A program made the position numbers and the translations under genes. 64,000 nt of DNA from contig JAFGFU010000009.1 of assembly GCA_016930915.1 (NCBI GenBank), positions 10,081-74,080 on the forward strand. The letters run 5' to 3'. The stretch is from Campylobacterales bacterium. Its GTDB lineage: Bacteria; Campylobacterota; Campylobacteria; Campylobacterales; Sulfurospirillaceae. Every line of letters starts with the position of its first letter. Position 1 is the first letter of the stretch. The notes beneath the pieces were generated by a model, which was given only the letters and a program-made list of their open reading frames with translations, searched no databases and was not told the DNA's origin. Shown in pieces: positions 10,299-18,731 of the stretch.

Positions 10299-10307
10299 TG
10301 CTATAAT
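10299..10307 (+). promoter_or_regulatory. Extended -10 promoter element TGcTATAAT for the TPR-like gene
   Basis: TGCTATAAT ends 6 nt before the ATG at 10314. No Shine-Dalgarno fits between them, which predicts a leaderless transcript. Confidence 0.45.
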
Positions 10308-10313
10308 GCAAGC

Positions 10314-12707
10314 ATGAAATCCCTATTTATTCTTCTTCTAATATCGGCACAACTTTTTTCGCTAGAACTTATTTTAAATAGTGGAAAAGAGAGTAAAACA
10401 GAGTATGCTATTTTGCATATTATGGATGCCACCCCTTTTGGTTGTGAAACAATTATCTCTGCTTTGGATAAAAAACATTATATTTGTCATATTAGTCGCC
10501 CGATTGATAAACGAATTGAAGCTAAAAAAATGAAATTTGTTCAGCTTGATTTTTATGAAAAAGAGGGTGAATTTTATATTGTGATTGAACCAAAGGTAGA
10601 TTCAAAACTTATCCCTGTTGAAGAGCGTTTGTACAATAGCTCTGAAGTTTCTGCTAAAGCAAAAGAGACGCTTTATACCCATTGGACAGTTTTATTGCAA
10701 GAAAAAGATTTGTTTGAAAAAGAGGTTGTTCACGATAATTTGGATTTTCCAGTAGCATTTCCAAAGTACCAGCGCCCTTATATTGGGGCACTTGATTTAA
10801 ATGGGGCACCTATTTCGTATGCACAAAGCAAGGATATTGGACTTTATTTGGAGATCAAAAAAGCATATCATGACGGGTATTATGAGAGTGTTATCAAGGA
10901 GGTCAAGCGGGTTTTAACACTCTATCCAAACTCTATTTTTCGTAGTGAATTAGAACTTTTTCATATGCGCTCTATGGATCAACTTTTGAGTGCAAGAAAC
11001 GATGAAAGCCCTGAACTAATATTTAATGAAAGCGATGTGGTGGATATTGCGAAGCGATGGAGTAAAGAGTTTACCAGCGATGAAAATTTGCCTGAAGTGT
11101 TGATGTTGATGGCAAAATCGTATTTGAAAATGGGCTCAAAATCGGATGCAAATTATATCATTGATATTTTAGTGGACGAGCATCCTCAAAGCCCTTTTAC
11201 TAAACGGGCTATTTTACTTTTTGCGGATAATTTATTTCTTAAAAAAGAGAAAGATAAGGCACTCAAACTCTACTTAGATGTGCTCTATAGTGCGCAAGAC
11301 CTTGATATCGCCTCAGAAGCAGCTATTCGTTTGGGTGACCACCAAATGGATGCAGGAAAAATGCAAGAAGCTAAAGAGTATCTTTTTAAAGTGCTTAATG
11401 TAAATGCACAATTTCTACTTAAAGATAAAGAGGCAAGTTATAAATTGGCACGAAGGTTGGCTGAGCATAAACTCTATGATTTGGCCGCTAAAGTGATAGA
11501 TGTCTTATTAGAGGGAAGTTCAACAAGGGATGAGAATAAAGAAGCATGGTTAAAAGAGAGTGGAGATTGGCATGCAAAAGCCAATGAAGTAGAAGCCGCG
11601 CACTTGCGCTATAAAGAGTATTTGGAAGCCTTCAAAACAACGGGTCAGTATGTTCAAGAGGTTACGGAGAGTTTAGATGCTCTTTTCTTTGAACGTCATG
11701 AAAGTAACGAAACAAAACTAGCAGCGTATTATGATAATTTGATTGAGAAATATACAAACAATGAAATAGGGCAAAGGGCTTTATTGGAAAAAGCCAATTT
11801 ACTCCTTAAACAAAAAGCCTTTACGAAGGTTTTGGAACTTGAAGAGGCGTTAAATAGAGTTCCTGATCAGTTTGAGCTTAAAGGCGCTGAATTAATTTAT
11901 ACGGCGGCAAAAGCACTGAGTGTAGAACATTTGGGTAAGAAAGAGTGTCAAAGCAGTGTTTATTTTATTGAGACGTATAAGCTTTTAATAGATGAGGCAA
12001 TTTATCAAGAGCCACTGTTTGAGTGTTTTATGGCAACCGCGCGTTATGAAAGAGCGCATGAAATAAGCAGTGCCCATTTGCAAGATAGTACATTACAGAG
12101 TCGTTATCAATGGGCACAAAAAGAGATTCAAGCCCTTTATAAAATGGGAAAATACCAAGAAGTGGTTGATTTTAAAGAGGATTTAAAAACGCTCTCTTTT
12201 TCCCTGAGAGAAAAAATTGGTTTAGAAACCATACGCACGCTTTTCTTTGCATTGGTGAAACTTAAAAACAATGATGGAGCGATTTCTTTAGCGGAGAGTA
12301 TTAAGATTTTATATCCAGATGAAGTAAATAATTTAGATATTTATGATGCTATTGTGAGTATTGCCAGTGAAATAAAAAATGATTTATTGCTTGTGACATA
12401 CGCGCAAACAATTAGAGATATACAAAAGAAATTTAATATTTCAGCCCTGAGTCCTCGCATAGAATTTAGTTATATCGAAGCATTGAAACGATTGGGTCGT
12501 GAAAAAGAGGCGTTAGTACTTGCAGAATCATTGATGAGCCTAGCACTTAAAAACGATGATAAAATTCGCCTTTTTTACCATGCAGGAGAATTGAGTCTTA
12601 AACTAAAAGAGAGTGAAAAAGCAAAAGGCTATTTTAAAGAGTGCGTTGAGAACAATGAGAGCAGTTCGTGGAAGAAAATTTGTGAGGAAAATTTAAAACT
12701 CTTTTGA
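10314..12707 (+). CDS. Large secreted TPR/helical-repeat protein, function unknown
   Basis: 797 aa with an N-terminal signal peptide (MKSLFILLLISAQLFS) and long alpha-helical repeat-like sequence rich in K/E/L/A. I recognise no enzymatic motif. Confidence 0.6.
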   Translation: MKSLFILLLISAQLFSLELILNSGKESKTEYAILHIMDATPFGCETIISALDKKHYICHISRPIDKRIEAKKMKFVQLDFYEKEGEFYIVIEPKVDSKLIPVEERLYNSSEVSAKAKETLYTHWTVLLQEKDLFEKEVVHDNLDFPVAFPKYQRPYIGALDLNGAPISYAQSKDIGLYLEIKKAYHDGYYESVIKEVKRVLTLYPNSIFRSELELFHMRSMDQLLSARNDESPELIFNESDVVDIAKRWSKEFTSDENLPEVLMLMAKSYLKMGSKSDANYIIDILVDEHPQSPFTKRAILLFADNLFLKKEKDKALKLYLDVLYSAQDLDIASEAAIRLGDHQMDAGKMQEAKEYLFKVLNVNAQFLLKDKEASYKLARRLAEHKLYDLAAKVIDVLLEGSSTRDENKEAWLKESGDWHAKANEVEAAHLRYKEYLEAFKTTGQYVQEVTESLDALFFERHESNETKLAAYYDNLIEKYTNNEIGQRALLEKANLLLKQKAFTKVLELEEALNRVPDQFELKGAELIYTAAKALSVEHLGKKECQSSVYFIETYKLLIDEAIYQEPLFECFMATARYERAHEISSAHLQDSTLQSRYQWAQKEIQALYKMGKYQEVVDFKEDLKTLSFSLREKIGLETIRTLFFALVKLKNNDGAISLAESIKILYPDEVNNLDIYDAIVSIASEIKNDLLLVTYAQTIRDIQKKFNISALSPRIEFSYIEALKRLGREKEALVLAESLMSLALKNDDKIRLFYHAGELSLKLKESEKAKGYFKECVENNESSSWKKICEENLKLF

Positions 12708-12740
12708 TCTTTACATGTAAAACTATTTCACATGTAAAGA
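12708..12740. terminator. Hairpin between convergent genes, built from 1.5 copies of the iterated palindrome
   Basis: TCTTTACATGT (12708-12718) is the exact reverse complement of ACATGTAAAGA (12730-12740), with an 11-nt loop. The hairpin spans the TPR-gene stop region and the miaA stop. Confidence 0.45.
12710..12721. repeat. Iterated palindrome TTTACATGTAAA, perfect copy
   Basis: 12/12; in the 15-bp spacer between the convergent TPR-like gene and miaA. A further half-copy ACATGTAAA lies at 12730-12738. Confidence 0.95.
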
Positions 12741-13622
12741 GGCTTCAATTAAAGGCTTGAGAGCATCAACATTACCTTTAGGATGTGCCTCAAATTGTGA
12801 GGCATTAAACGTGCGTTGGCGTTTGGCTAAATGCAAGGTATTTAAGCTAATGCGTTCTTCCAGCTGCGTGAGTGTGTATTTTCCATCAAAGTAATCCAAT
12901 ACCTCTTTAATCCCGATGGCTTTCATGCATTGAGGTGTTCGTGTGTAGCGTTTTTCCAGAGAAAAAACTTCATCAATCAATCCCATTTTAAGCATCATCT
13001 GTGTGCGTAAAGTAATTTTTTGAGCCAATACCTCTTTAGGCGTTTCAATTTCAAAAAGTTCAAGCTCTTGAATGAGAGGAGGTTGTTTGGTTTTCGCAAG
13101 GTAATCTGAGGGAATCTCGTGTGCGGATAAAAAAATTTCCAGCCATTTTTCAATGCGATAGCTATCGTTTCGTGCAATTTTTGTGGCATAAGCAGGATCG
13201 TGCGTTTCAATCAGCGCATACGAAGCCTCTAAATGATGTAATTTAGTCTCAATATCTTCTTTTACATGTAAAGGTATTTCAGGTTTTAAACTAAAGCCTT
13301 CCATCATCGCTTTAAGGTAAAATCCTGTTCCACCTACAATGATTAAATCTTTTTTATCTCTTGTGCATGCCTCTTTGGCTTCACGGTAACATTCAAAAAA
13401 CATGGTGACATCAAAATGCTCATTGGGGAAAAGTACATCCATACCAAAATGGACAATGCCTTGACGCTCCGCTCCGCTTGGTTTTGCAGAAGCAATATCA
13501 ATTTCTTTATAAATACTCAGTGAATCCAGTGATAAAATATATGCACTATGAATGCGTGCAAGTTCAATTGCAAGAGCTGTTTTTCCTGAAGCGGTTGGAC
13601 CTAAAATGGCGATAGTTTTCAA
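12723..13622 (-). CDS. miaA: tRNA dimethylallyltransferase
   Basis: P-loop GPTASGKTALAIELA, LDSLSIYKEIDIASAKP and IIVGGTGFYLKA motifs typical of MiaA. Confidence 0.9.
   Translation of the reverse strand: MKTIAILGPTASGKTALAIELARIHSAYILSLDSLSIYKEIDIASAKPSGAERQGIVHFGMDVLFPNEHFDVTMFFECYREAKEACTRDKKDLIIVGGTGFYLKAMMEGFSLKPEIPLHVKEDIETKLHHLEASYALIETHDPAYATKIARNDSYRIEKWLEIFLSAHEIPSDYLAKTKQPPLIQELELFEIETPKEVLAQKITLRTQMMLKMGLIDEVFSLEKRYTRTPQCMKAIGIKEVLDYFDGKYTLTQLEERISLNTLHLAKRQRTFNASQFEAHPKGNVDALKPLIEASLHVK
13261..13272. repeat. Iterated palindrome TTTACATGTAAA, perfect copy
   Basis: 12/12; inside miaA (minus strand), read as L-H-V-K. Confidence 0.95.
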
Positions 13623-13700
13623 TGATAGTCTCTTTGTTTTATGCGGTTTAATGGGGCAATTATAACACTTTTAAAGGGTTTTGTTGTAAAATCAGTCCAT

Positions 13701-13712
13701 CTTACATGTAAA
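13701..13712. repeat. Iterated palindrome, 11/12 copy (cTTACATGTAAA)
   Basis: In the spacer. Its 3' flank AAAGG doubles as the likely RBS for the TTG start at 13721. Confidence 0.8.
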
Positions 13713-13720
13713 GGTTTGTA

Positions 13721-14590
13721 TTGCAACAATTTTGGCAAAAGCTTAAAGATATTGGCGATTTAATCGTTTTTAAACACTCCGTTTTTGCGCTTCCTTTTAT
13801 TTTTATCGCAATGATTGTCTCTTCAAAAGCGCAAAATGGCACAATGTGGTTTGGTTTTAAACTTCTTTTTTTAGGGCTTTTAGCCGCCGTGAGTGCACGC
13901 AATTTTGCGATGGCATTTAATCGCTATGCAGATAGAGATATTGACAAGTACAATCCACGAACCGCCAATCGTCCCAGTGTAGATGGGCGCATAGGGGCTT
14001 CAAATTTGCTTTTTTTTATTGGTTTTAACGCATTGCTTTTTGTTGTTGTTGCTTATTTTATTAATGACCTTGCTTTTTATTTGAGCGTTCCTATTTTGAT
14101 TATTTTGGGTGGGTATTCACTCTTTAAGCGTTTTTCTCCCTATGCACATTTGGTTTTAGGTCTCTCTTTAGGGTTAGCACCTATTGCAGGAGCAGTTGCG
14201 GTAGAGGCTTTTATTCCTTTGTGGGCGGTACTGCTTTCTATTGGTGTGATGTATTGGGTCGCTGGATTTGACTTGCTCTACTCCTTGCAAGATATGGAGT
14301 ATGATAAAGCCAATGGACTTTTTTCTATTCCTTCTCGTTTTGGATGGGAAGCGACATTTTTTATCTCTAAATTATTTCATGCCCAAACGATTCTTTTTTG
14401 GTTACTTTTTGTGGTCACGGCAGACTTAGGATTTTTTGCCTACGCAGGCGTTTTTGTTTCGGCCATTGTTCTCTTTTTTGAACACCGCATTGTGGCAAAA
14501 GATTTTTCTAAAATTGATCGTGCTTTTTTTACGCTCAATGGTTATTTGGGGATTATCTTTTTTATACTCATCTTCTTAGATAGGATCTGA
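13721..14590 (+). CDS. UbiA-family aromatic prenyltransferase (4-hydroxybenzoate polyprenyltransferase-like; plausibly the menaquinone MqnP type)
   Basis: Polytopic protein with a NRYADRDIDKYNPRTANRP Asp-rich motif and a second DLLYSLQDMEYD motif. TTG start with AAAGG 6 nt upstream. Confidence 0.8.
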   Translation: MQQFWQKLKDIGDLIVFKHSVFALPFIFIAMIVSSKAQNGTMWFGFKLLFLGLLAAVSARNFAMAFNRYADRDIDKYNPRTANRPSVDGRIGASNLLFFIGFNALLFVVVAYFINDLAFYLSVPILIILGGYSLFKRFSPYAHLVLGLSLGLAPIAGAVAVEAFIPLWAVLLSIGVMYWVAGFDLLYSLQDMEYDKANGLFSIPSRFGWEATFFISKLFHAQTILFWLLFVVTADLGFFAYAGVFVSAIVLFFEHRIVAKDFSKIDRAFFTLNGYLGIIFFILIFLDRI

Positions 14591-14591
14591 A

Positions 14592-15122
14592 ATGGAAAAC
14601 ATTCGTTTTGTTCCTACGGTTTTAAATATTGTTTATGAAAAAGGTTCTCCCAAGGATGCCACTTTTTTGCAAGAGTACTATGCTCTAATGAAAATTAATG
14701 ATGATCCTTTAGGGCTATGGCTGAAATCTTCTCAAATTCGAAAAGCCTCAGAAGAGAGTGATCAGGTTCTTTTAACCCTTTTACTTGAATTGCACCGAAA
14801 AGTCGATAAATTAACCCACGTGCTCACTAGCGATAAACCGTTTTTATTAACACTGGGACATTCAGCGATTCTTGGTGCTATTGGTCATGGGTATGTTCGC
14901 TTTGACTCAGATGTATTGGTGATGAATGAAACATATTATGCCCGCATTGATATGCCCATATTTCCACAAAGGCAAATCCCCCTTTTTATTGAAGCTATAG
15001 ATGAGCGTGTAGGAAAAATTGTTTTGATGCATGAAGACGATGAAGAGGATTGGAGTGCTTATATGATGGCATGTGAACGTGCGATGATTCGCCAAATGAA
15101 AGGAAACGTAAGTGAATATTGA
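14592..15122 (+). CDS. Hypothetical cytoplasmic protein
   Basis: 176-aa ORF tightly packed after the UbiA-like gene, with coding-like composition. I recognise no motif. Confidence 0.5.
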   Translation: MENIRFVPTVLNIVYEKGSPKDATFLQEYYALMKINDDPLGLWLKSSQIRKASEESDQVLLTLLLELHRKVDKLTHVLTSDKPFLLTLGHSAILGAIGHGYVRFDSDVLVMNETYYARIDMPIFPQRQIPLFIEAIDERVGKIVLMHEDDEEDWSAYMMACERAMIRQMKGNVSEY

Positions 15123-15627
15123 AGTATTGGCATTTTGTGGCTTAGCCGCACTGGTCATTATTGTTTTTTTAATGGTCTATATTCGAGATATTGAAGTCAA
15201 TAAAAAACTCTCTATTTATGAAAAAAGTATAGAAGAACTTAACTACCAAAATCACGTTCTCAATAAAACCCTCAATGAACTGCGTAGTGTTGAAAAAAAA
15301 CCAGAATTTGATGCGCAGGAATTTGAAAAAAAGATAATGAATAGTGTGAATGAGGAGATTCGTAAAAGTGTTCTTCCTGTAGTAGGTTCACTTAAAGAGA
15401 TTGAATCTATTATTCAACATTTTAAGGATGAGCAAAGTACACGTATTGATAGGATTGAGAGTCGTACCAAAGAGATGAGTTTTGTCTCGTCTTCGCCTTC
15501 GAGTTCTAATGAAAAAATGATTATTACGCATTATTCAAAAGGCAAAAGTGAAGCTGAAATTGCCAAAGATTTGCGCATTGGCATTGGAGAAGTTGATTTG
15601 GTATTGAAGCTAGCTAATCTAAAATAA
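15112..15627 (+). CDS. Membrane-anchored coiled-coil protein with a C-terminal HTH-like tail (DUF2802-like architecture)
   Basis: N-terminal TM segment, central coiled coil, and C-terminal SKGKSEAEIAKDLRIGIGEVDLVLKLA resembling a small HTH. Overlaps the upstream ORF by 11 nt. Confidence 0.5.
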   Translation: MNIEVLAFCGLAALVIIVFLMVYIRDIEVNKKLSIYEKSIEELNYQNHVLNKTLNELRSVEKKPEFDAQEFEKKIMNSVNEEIRKSVLPVVGSLKEIESIIQHFKDEQSTRIDRIESRTKEMSFVSSSPSSSNEKMIITHYSKGKSEAEIAKDLRIGIGEVDLVLKLANLK

Positions 15628-15650
15628 CGGGTTTACATGTAAACCCGTTA
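15625..15650. terminator. Bidirectional terminator-like 26-bp perfect palindrome
   Basis: TAACGGGTTTACATGTAAACCCGTTA is followed by TTTTTATT on the plus strand and preceded by AAAA. It lies between the convergent genes ending at 15627 and 15661. Confidence 0.65.
15632..15643. repeat. Iterated palindrome TTTACATGTAAA, perfect copy
   Basis: 12/12; at the centre of the 26-bp perfect palindrome 15625-15650, between convergent genes. Confidence 0.95.
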
Positions 15651-15660
15651 TTTTTATTAA

Positions 15661-17106
15661 TTACTGATGCGTGCGAGAGAGTGATGCGGTTTCTTCAATC
15701 ATATTATCTAACAGTTTGAAGAGGGTATTACTTGCTTCTTCCATACGTTTAAAATTTTGAATGAAAAACGAAAGTGAATCGTGGGTATATCCCTCTTGTA
15801 AAGCGTTGATATTCTCGTGAACATATCCATGAACGTCTTTATGTGAACTCTCAAGTAATGGGTACGATTTTGTTAAGCTAAAGCGCTCTTTTGTCAACGT
15901 ATCATCATACCATTGACCCAATCGGCACTCATGATGGTTAGCAAATTTGGCATCTTTTTGTTCATTTAAAACTGCAGAATACGCTCTGGTTTTGTATACC
16001 ATGTGATCCACTTTAGCCAAAATGGTAAAGATTTTATTTTCAAGTCTAAAAGAAGTATCGGCAGTAATATTAGCATCTTCATTAAAGGCACGAAGCGCTT
16101 CTTCAAAATGCACGACATTCTCTCCACTATGATTTGCAATGACACTGATACGATCAGAGTTAGAATGAATGCCATTGGTTTCTTGCTGTAAGGTTTGAAT
16201 GGTCATGGCAATTTCTTGGGTTGCTTTTTGCGTGCGTTCTGCTAATTTTCGTACCTCATCGGCTACGACGGCAAATCCACGTCCATGTTCTCCTGCTCTT
16301 GCAGCTTCAATCGCAGCATTAAGAGCTAAGAGATTGGTTTGATCAGCAATATCTTTAATCAGATTGACCACAGATGAGATTTCAGAGGTGCGAAGACTTA
16401 ATGAATTAATGGCCTCATTGGTACTGTTTAAGAGTTCCAATAACTCTTTAATGCCCTCGGAGAGTTCGTTAAGCGTTTGGAGACTGTCATCAGATTTTTG
16501 TGCGGTTGTATTGGCAATGGTTGTAATATTTGACATCTCTTTAATGCTGTTTGTAAGATCAGATTGAATGCTCAAAACACCATTATTTCCATTTCCTAAG
16601 TCGGCAAAGGCAGAAGAGAGCACACCTTTGGCTTTTCCTTTTTGTCCTTCAACCACTCCACGAACACCTTCTGCAATATAACGAGCATTCATAGCAAAGA
16701 GACCACGAAAACCCTCGTTAAAAATATTACGATAGGTTTTACCTTGACCAGCTGATTCAATGGATGTTTTTGTTTCCCGCATTAAAGCTTCCATTTGGTC
16801 TAAGAGGTCATTGATACCTAGTGCAATTTTTGCCATAGGTTGATTGGGATCAATATTGACAACACGGGGTTCTAAATTGCCACGGACTGCTTCTTGAATC
16901 ACACGGAGTGTTTTTTCATATAATTCAACATCGCATTGCATTGTTTTGTGACTGCCAAAAAAAGAGCCCGCTGCTACACCAAAAAGAAGGGTTGAGGTTG
17001 CAAAGCTACCTTCAAAATCAATAAAATAACTCGCTGCAATGAGCACAAGCATTACACCTAAAAAAGGTATATTATAAGCGCTGTAACGTGTTTGAAAATT
17101 CTTCAT
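15661..17106 (-). CDS. Methyl-accepting chemotaxis protein, CetA-like topology, with C-terminal chemoreceptor zinc-binding (CZB) domain
   Basis: Two N-terminal TM segments without a periplasmic domain, and a HAMP-like linker. Signalling hairpin [39 protein letters not shown]-terminal [10 protein letters not shown]...H...H pattern typical of CZB. Confidence 0.88.
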   Translation of the reverse strand: MKNFQTRYSAYNIPFLGVMLVLIAASYFIDFEGSFATSTLLFGVAAGSFFGSHKTMQCDVELYEKTLRVIQEAVRGNLEPRVVNIDPNQPMAKIALGINDLLDQMEALMRETKTSIESAGQGKTYRNIFNEGFRGLFAMNARYIAEGVRGVVEGQKGKAKGVLSSAFADLGNGNNGVLSIQSDLTNSIKEMSNITTIANTTAQKSDDSLQTLNELSEGIKELLELLNSTNEAINSLSLRTSEISSVVNLIKDIADQTNLLALNAAIEAARAGEHGRGFAVVADEVRKLAERTQKATQEIAMTIQTLQQETNGIHSNSDRISVIANHSGENVVHFEEALRAFNEDANITADTSFRLENKIFTILAKVDHMVYKTRAYSAVLNEQKDAKFANHHECRLGQWYDDTLTKERFSLTKSYPLLESSHKDVHGYVHENINALQEGYTHDSLSFFIQNFKRMEEASNTLFKLLDNMIEETASLSRTHQ

Positions 17107-17584
17107 AACTCATTCCTTTCTCTTCTAATACGCTGGTTAAATAATTCAAAGACGCATCTATGCTTCCTGTTTTTTCGAGCTCTAAAAGTTTGTCATACAA
17201 GGGATTGATAATTTCTAAAGCTTTTGGATTGGCTTTGCGTCTAATAGAGTAGTATCCAACGATTTGACCTGTTGCATCACTGGAGGCTGTAACGTTGGCA
17301 TACACCCAATAATATCCGCCATCAAAACTCAAGTTTTTAATATAAGCAAAAATCTCTTCTTTATTTTTTATTTTTTCCCATAAAAGTTTGAAAACAACAC
17401 GAGGCATTTGAGGATGACGAATAATGTTATGAGGTTTACCTAAAAGTTCTTGCTCACTGGCACCAACAATTTTCAAAAAAGGCTCGTTACAGTAGGTGAT
17501 TTTCCCATGTGTATCTGTTTTTGAAACTAAAAATGCATCCGCACTTACAGCGTGCTCTTTTTGATTAGGAATAGGTCTATTCAT
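17072..17584 (-). CDS. Stand-alone PAS-domain sensor protein (CetB/Aer2-like)
   Basis: 170 aa with [20 protein letters not shown]...[15 protein letters not shown]...[10 protein letters not shown], typical of the Aer-type PAS fold. Directly upstream of the MCP gene and overlapping it by 35 nt. Confidence 0.85.
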   Translation of the reverse strand: MNRPIPNQKEHAVSADAFLVSKTDTHGKITYCNEPFLKIVGASEQELLGKPHNIIRHPQMPRVVFKLLWEKIKNKEEIFAYIKNLSFDGGYYWVYANVTASSDATGQIVGYYSIRRKANPKALEIINPLYDKLLELEKTGSIDASLNYLTSVLEEKGMSYEEFSNTLQRL

Positions 17585-17698
17585 GCCTAAACTCCTTGGA
17601 AAGTTTGAAATCTAAAAGTAGTGTATCCTACTTCATTTTAGAAAGAGCTTCAAAATTCTGACGCTAAAAATCTCTCTTGCATACGTGTTATATTTATG

Positions 17699-17704
17699 TA
17701 TAAT
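17699..17704 (+). promoter_or_regulatory. Candidate -10 box (TATAAT) upstream of moaA
   Basis: TGTATAAT lies 59 nt upstream of the ATG; a GAGGAA RBS is at the start codon. Confidence 0.35.
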
Positions 17705-17762
17705 ATGCCTCACAAGCTTTTTATAAGTCTGTAAGAAGAGTATTTTACAAACGAGGAATCTG

Positions 17763-18731
17763 ATGCTTATTGATGGATTTGGAAGAAAAGTAACGTATTT
17801 AAGAATTTCAGTCACAGAACGATGCAACTTTAGATGCCAATATTGTATGCCAGAAAAACCCTTTTCGTGGGTGCCAAAAGAGAATTTACTCAATTTTGAA
17901 GAGCTATTTTTATTTGTGAAAGTGGCGATTGATGAAGGTATTACTAAAATTCGTATCACAGGCGGAGAACCTCTGCTCCGAACGGATTTGGACAAATTTA
18001 TTGGCATGATTAATGCGCATAAAAGTGGTTTGGATTTAGCTTTGACAACGAATGGTTTTTTGCTCAAAGGTGCGGCACAAAAACTCAAAGATGCGGGATT
18101 GCAACGGGTGAATATTTCACTCGATAGTATTAAGGCAGATGTGGCAGCAAAAATGGCACAAAAAGATGTCCTTAGTAAAGTGCAAGAGGGCATTGAAGAG
18201 GCGCTTCGTGTGGGACTTAAAGTCAAAATAAATATGGTACCCATCAAAGGTATTAATGCGGATGAAGTCCTAGATGTTCTTGAATATGCCAAGGCTAGGG
18301 GAATGTCGATTCGTTTTATTGAATATATGGAAAACACTCATGCTAAGGCACAACTCAAAGGATTAAGTGGGGAAGAAGTACAAGCAATTATTGCCCAAAA
18401 ATACCCGTTTAAAGCGATTGGGCGAGAAGGCCCTAGTCCTGCACATCTTTTTGAAATGGAAGATGGGTATGTTTTTGGGGTGATTGATCCTCATCAACAC
18501 GATTTTTGTGAAGATTGTAATCGTATCCGCTTAACCGCAGAAGGAATGTTGATACCCTGTTTATATTTTGATGAGGCAATGAGTATTAAAGAGGCAGTGC
18601 ATAAAGGTGATATTAAAGAAGCTTCTGACATTTTAAAAGAGGTCTTACGCAATAAGCCTGAAAAAAACAAGTGGAGCGATGATGACCACAATGAAGTCTC
18701 TAAGCGTGCTTTTTACGAAACAGGCGGATGA
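17763..18731 (+). CDS. moaA: GTP 3',8-cyclase (molybdenum cofactor biosynthesis protein A)
   Basis: Radical [13 protein letters not shown] motif, [11 protein letters not shown], and C-terminal [13 protein letters not shown] second-cluster motif. Confidence 0.92.
   Translation: MLIDGFGRKVTYLRISVTERCNFRCQYCMPEKPFSWVPKENLLNFEELFLFVKVAIDEGITKIRITGGEPLLRTDLDKFIGMINAHKSGLDLALTTNGFLLKGAAQKLKDAGLQRVNISLDSIKADVAAKMAQKDVLSKVQEGIEEALRVGLKVKINMVPIKGINADEVLDVLEYAKARGMSIRFIEYMENTHAKAQLKGLSGEEVQAIIAQKYPFKAIGREGPSPAHLFEMEDGYVFGVIDPHQHDFCEDCNRIRLTAEGMLIPCLYFDEAMSIKEAVHKGDIKEASDILKEVLRNKPEKNKWSDDDHNEVSKRAFYETGG

Noticed and set aside
17585-17762. A possible molybdenum-cofactor riboswitch in the spacer upstream of moaA.
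   Set aside because: The predicted leader is only about 55 nt after the TATAAT at 17699. I could not find the conserved Moco-motif stems or loops, only a 6-bp hairpin at 17616-17633.
17633-18337. A 234-aa ORF on the minus strand.
   Set aside because: It lies entirely antisense to moaA, which has unmistakable radical SAM and MoaA motifs. Its sequence is low-complexity and Ser/Leu-rich, typical of a shadow ORF. The same reasoning applies to 3468-3884, 9382-9759, 45363-45725 and 51891-52280, and to the other short antisense ORFs in the track.
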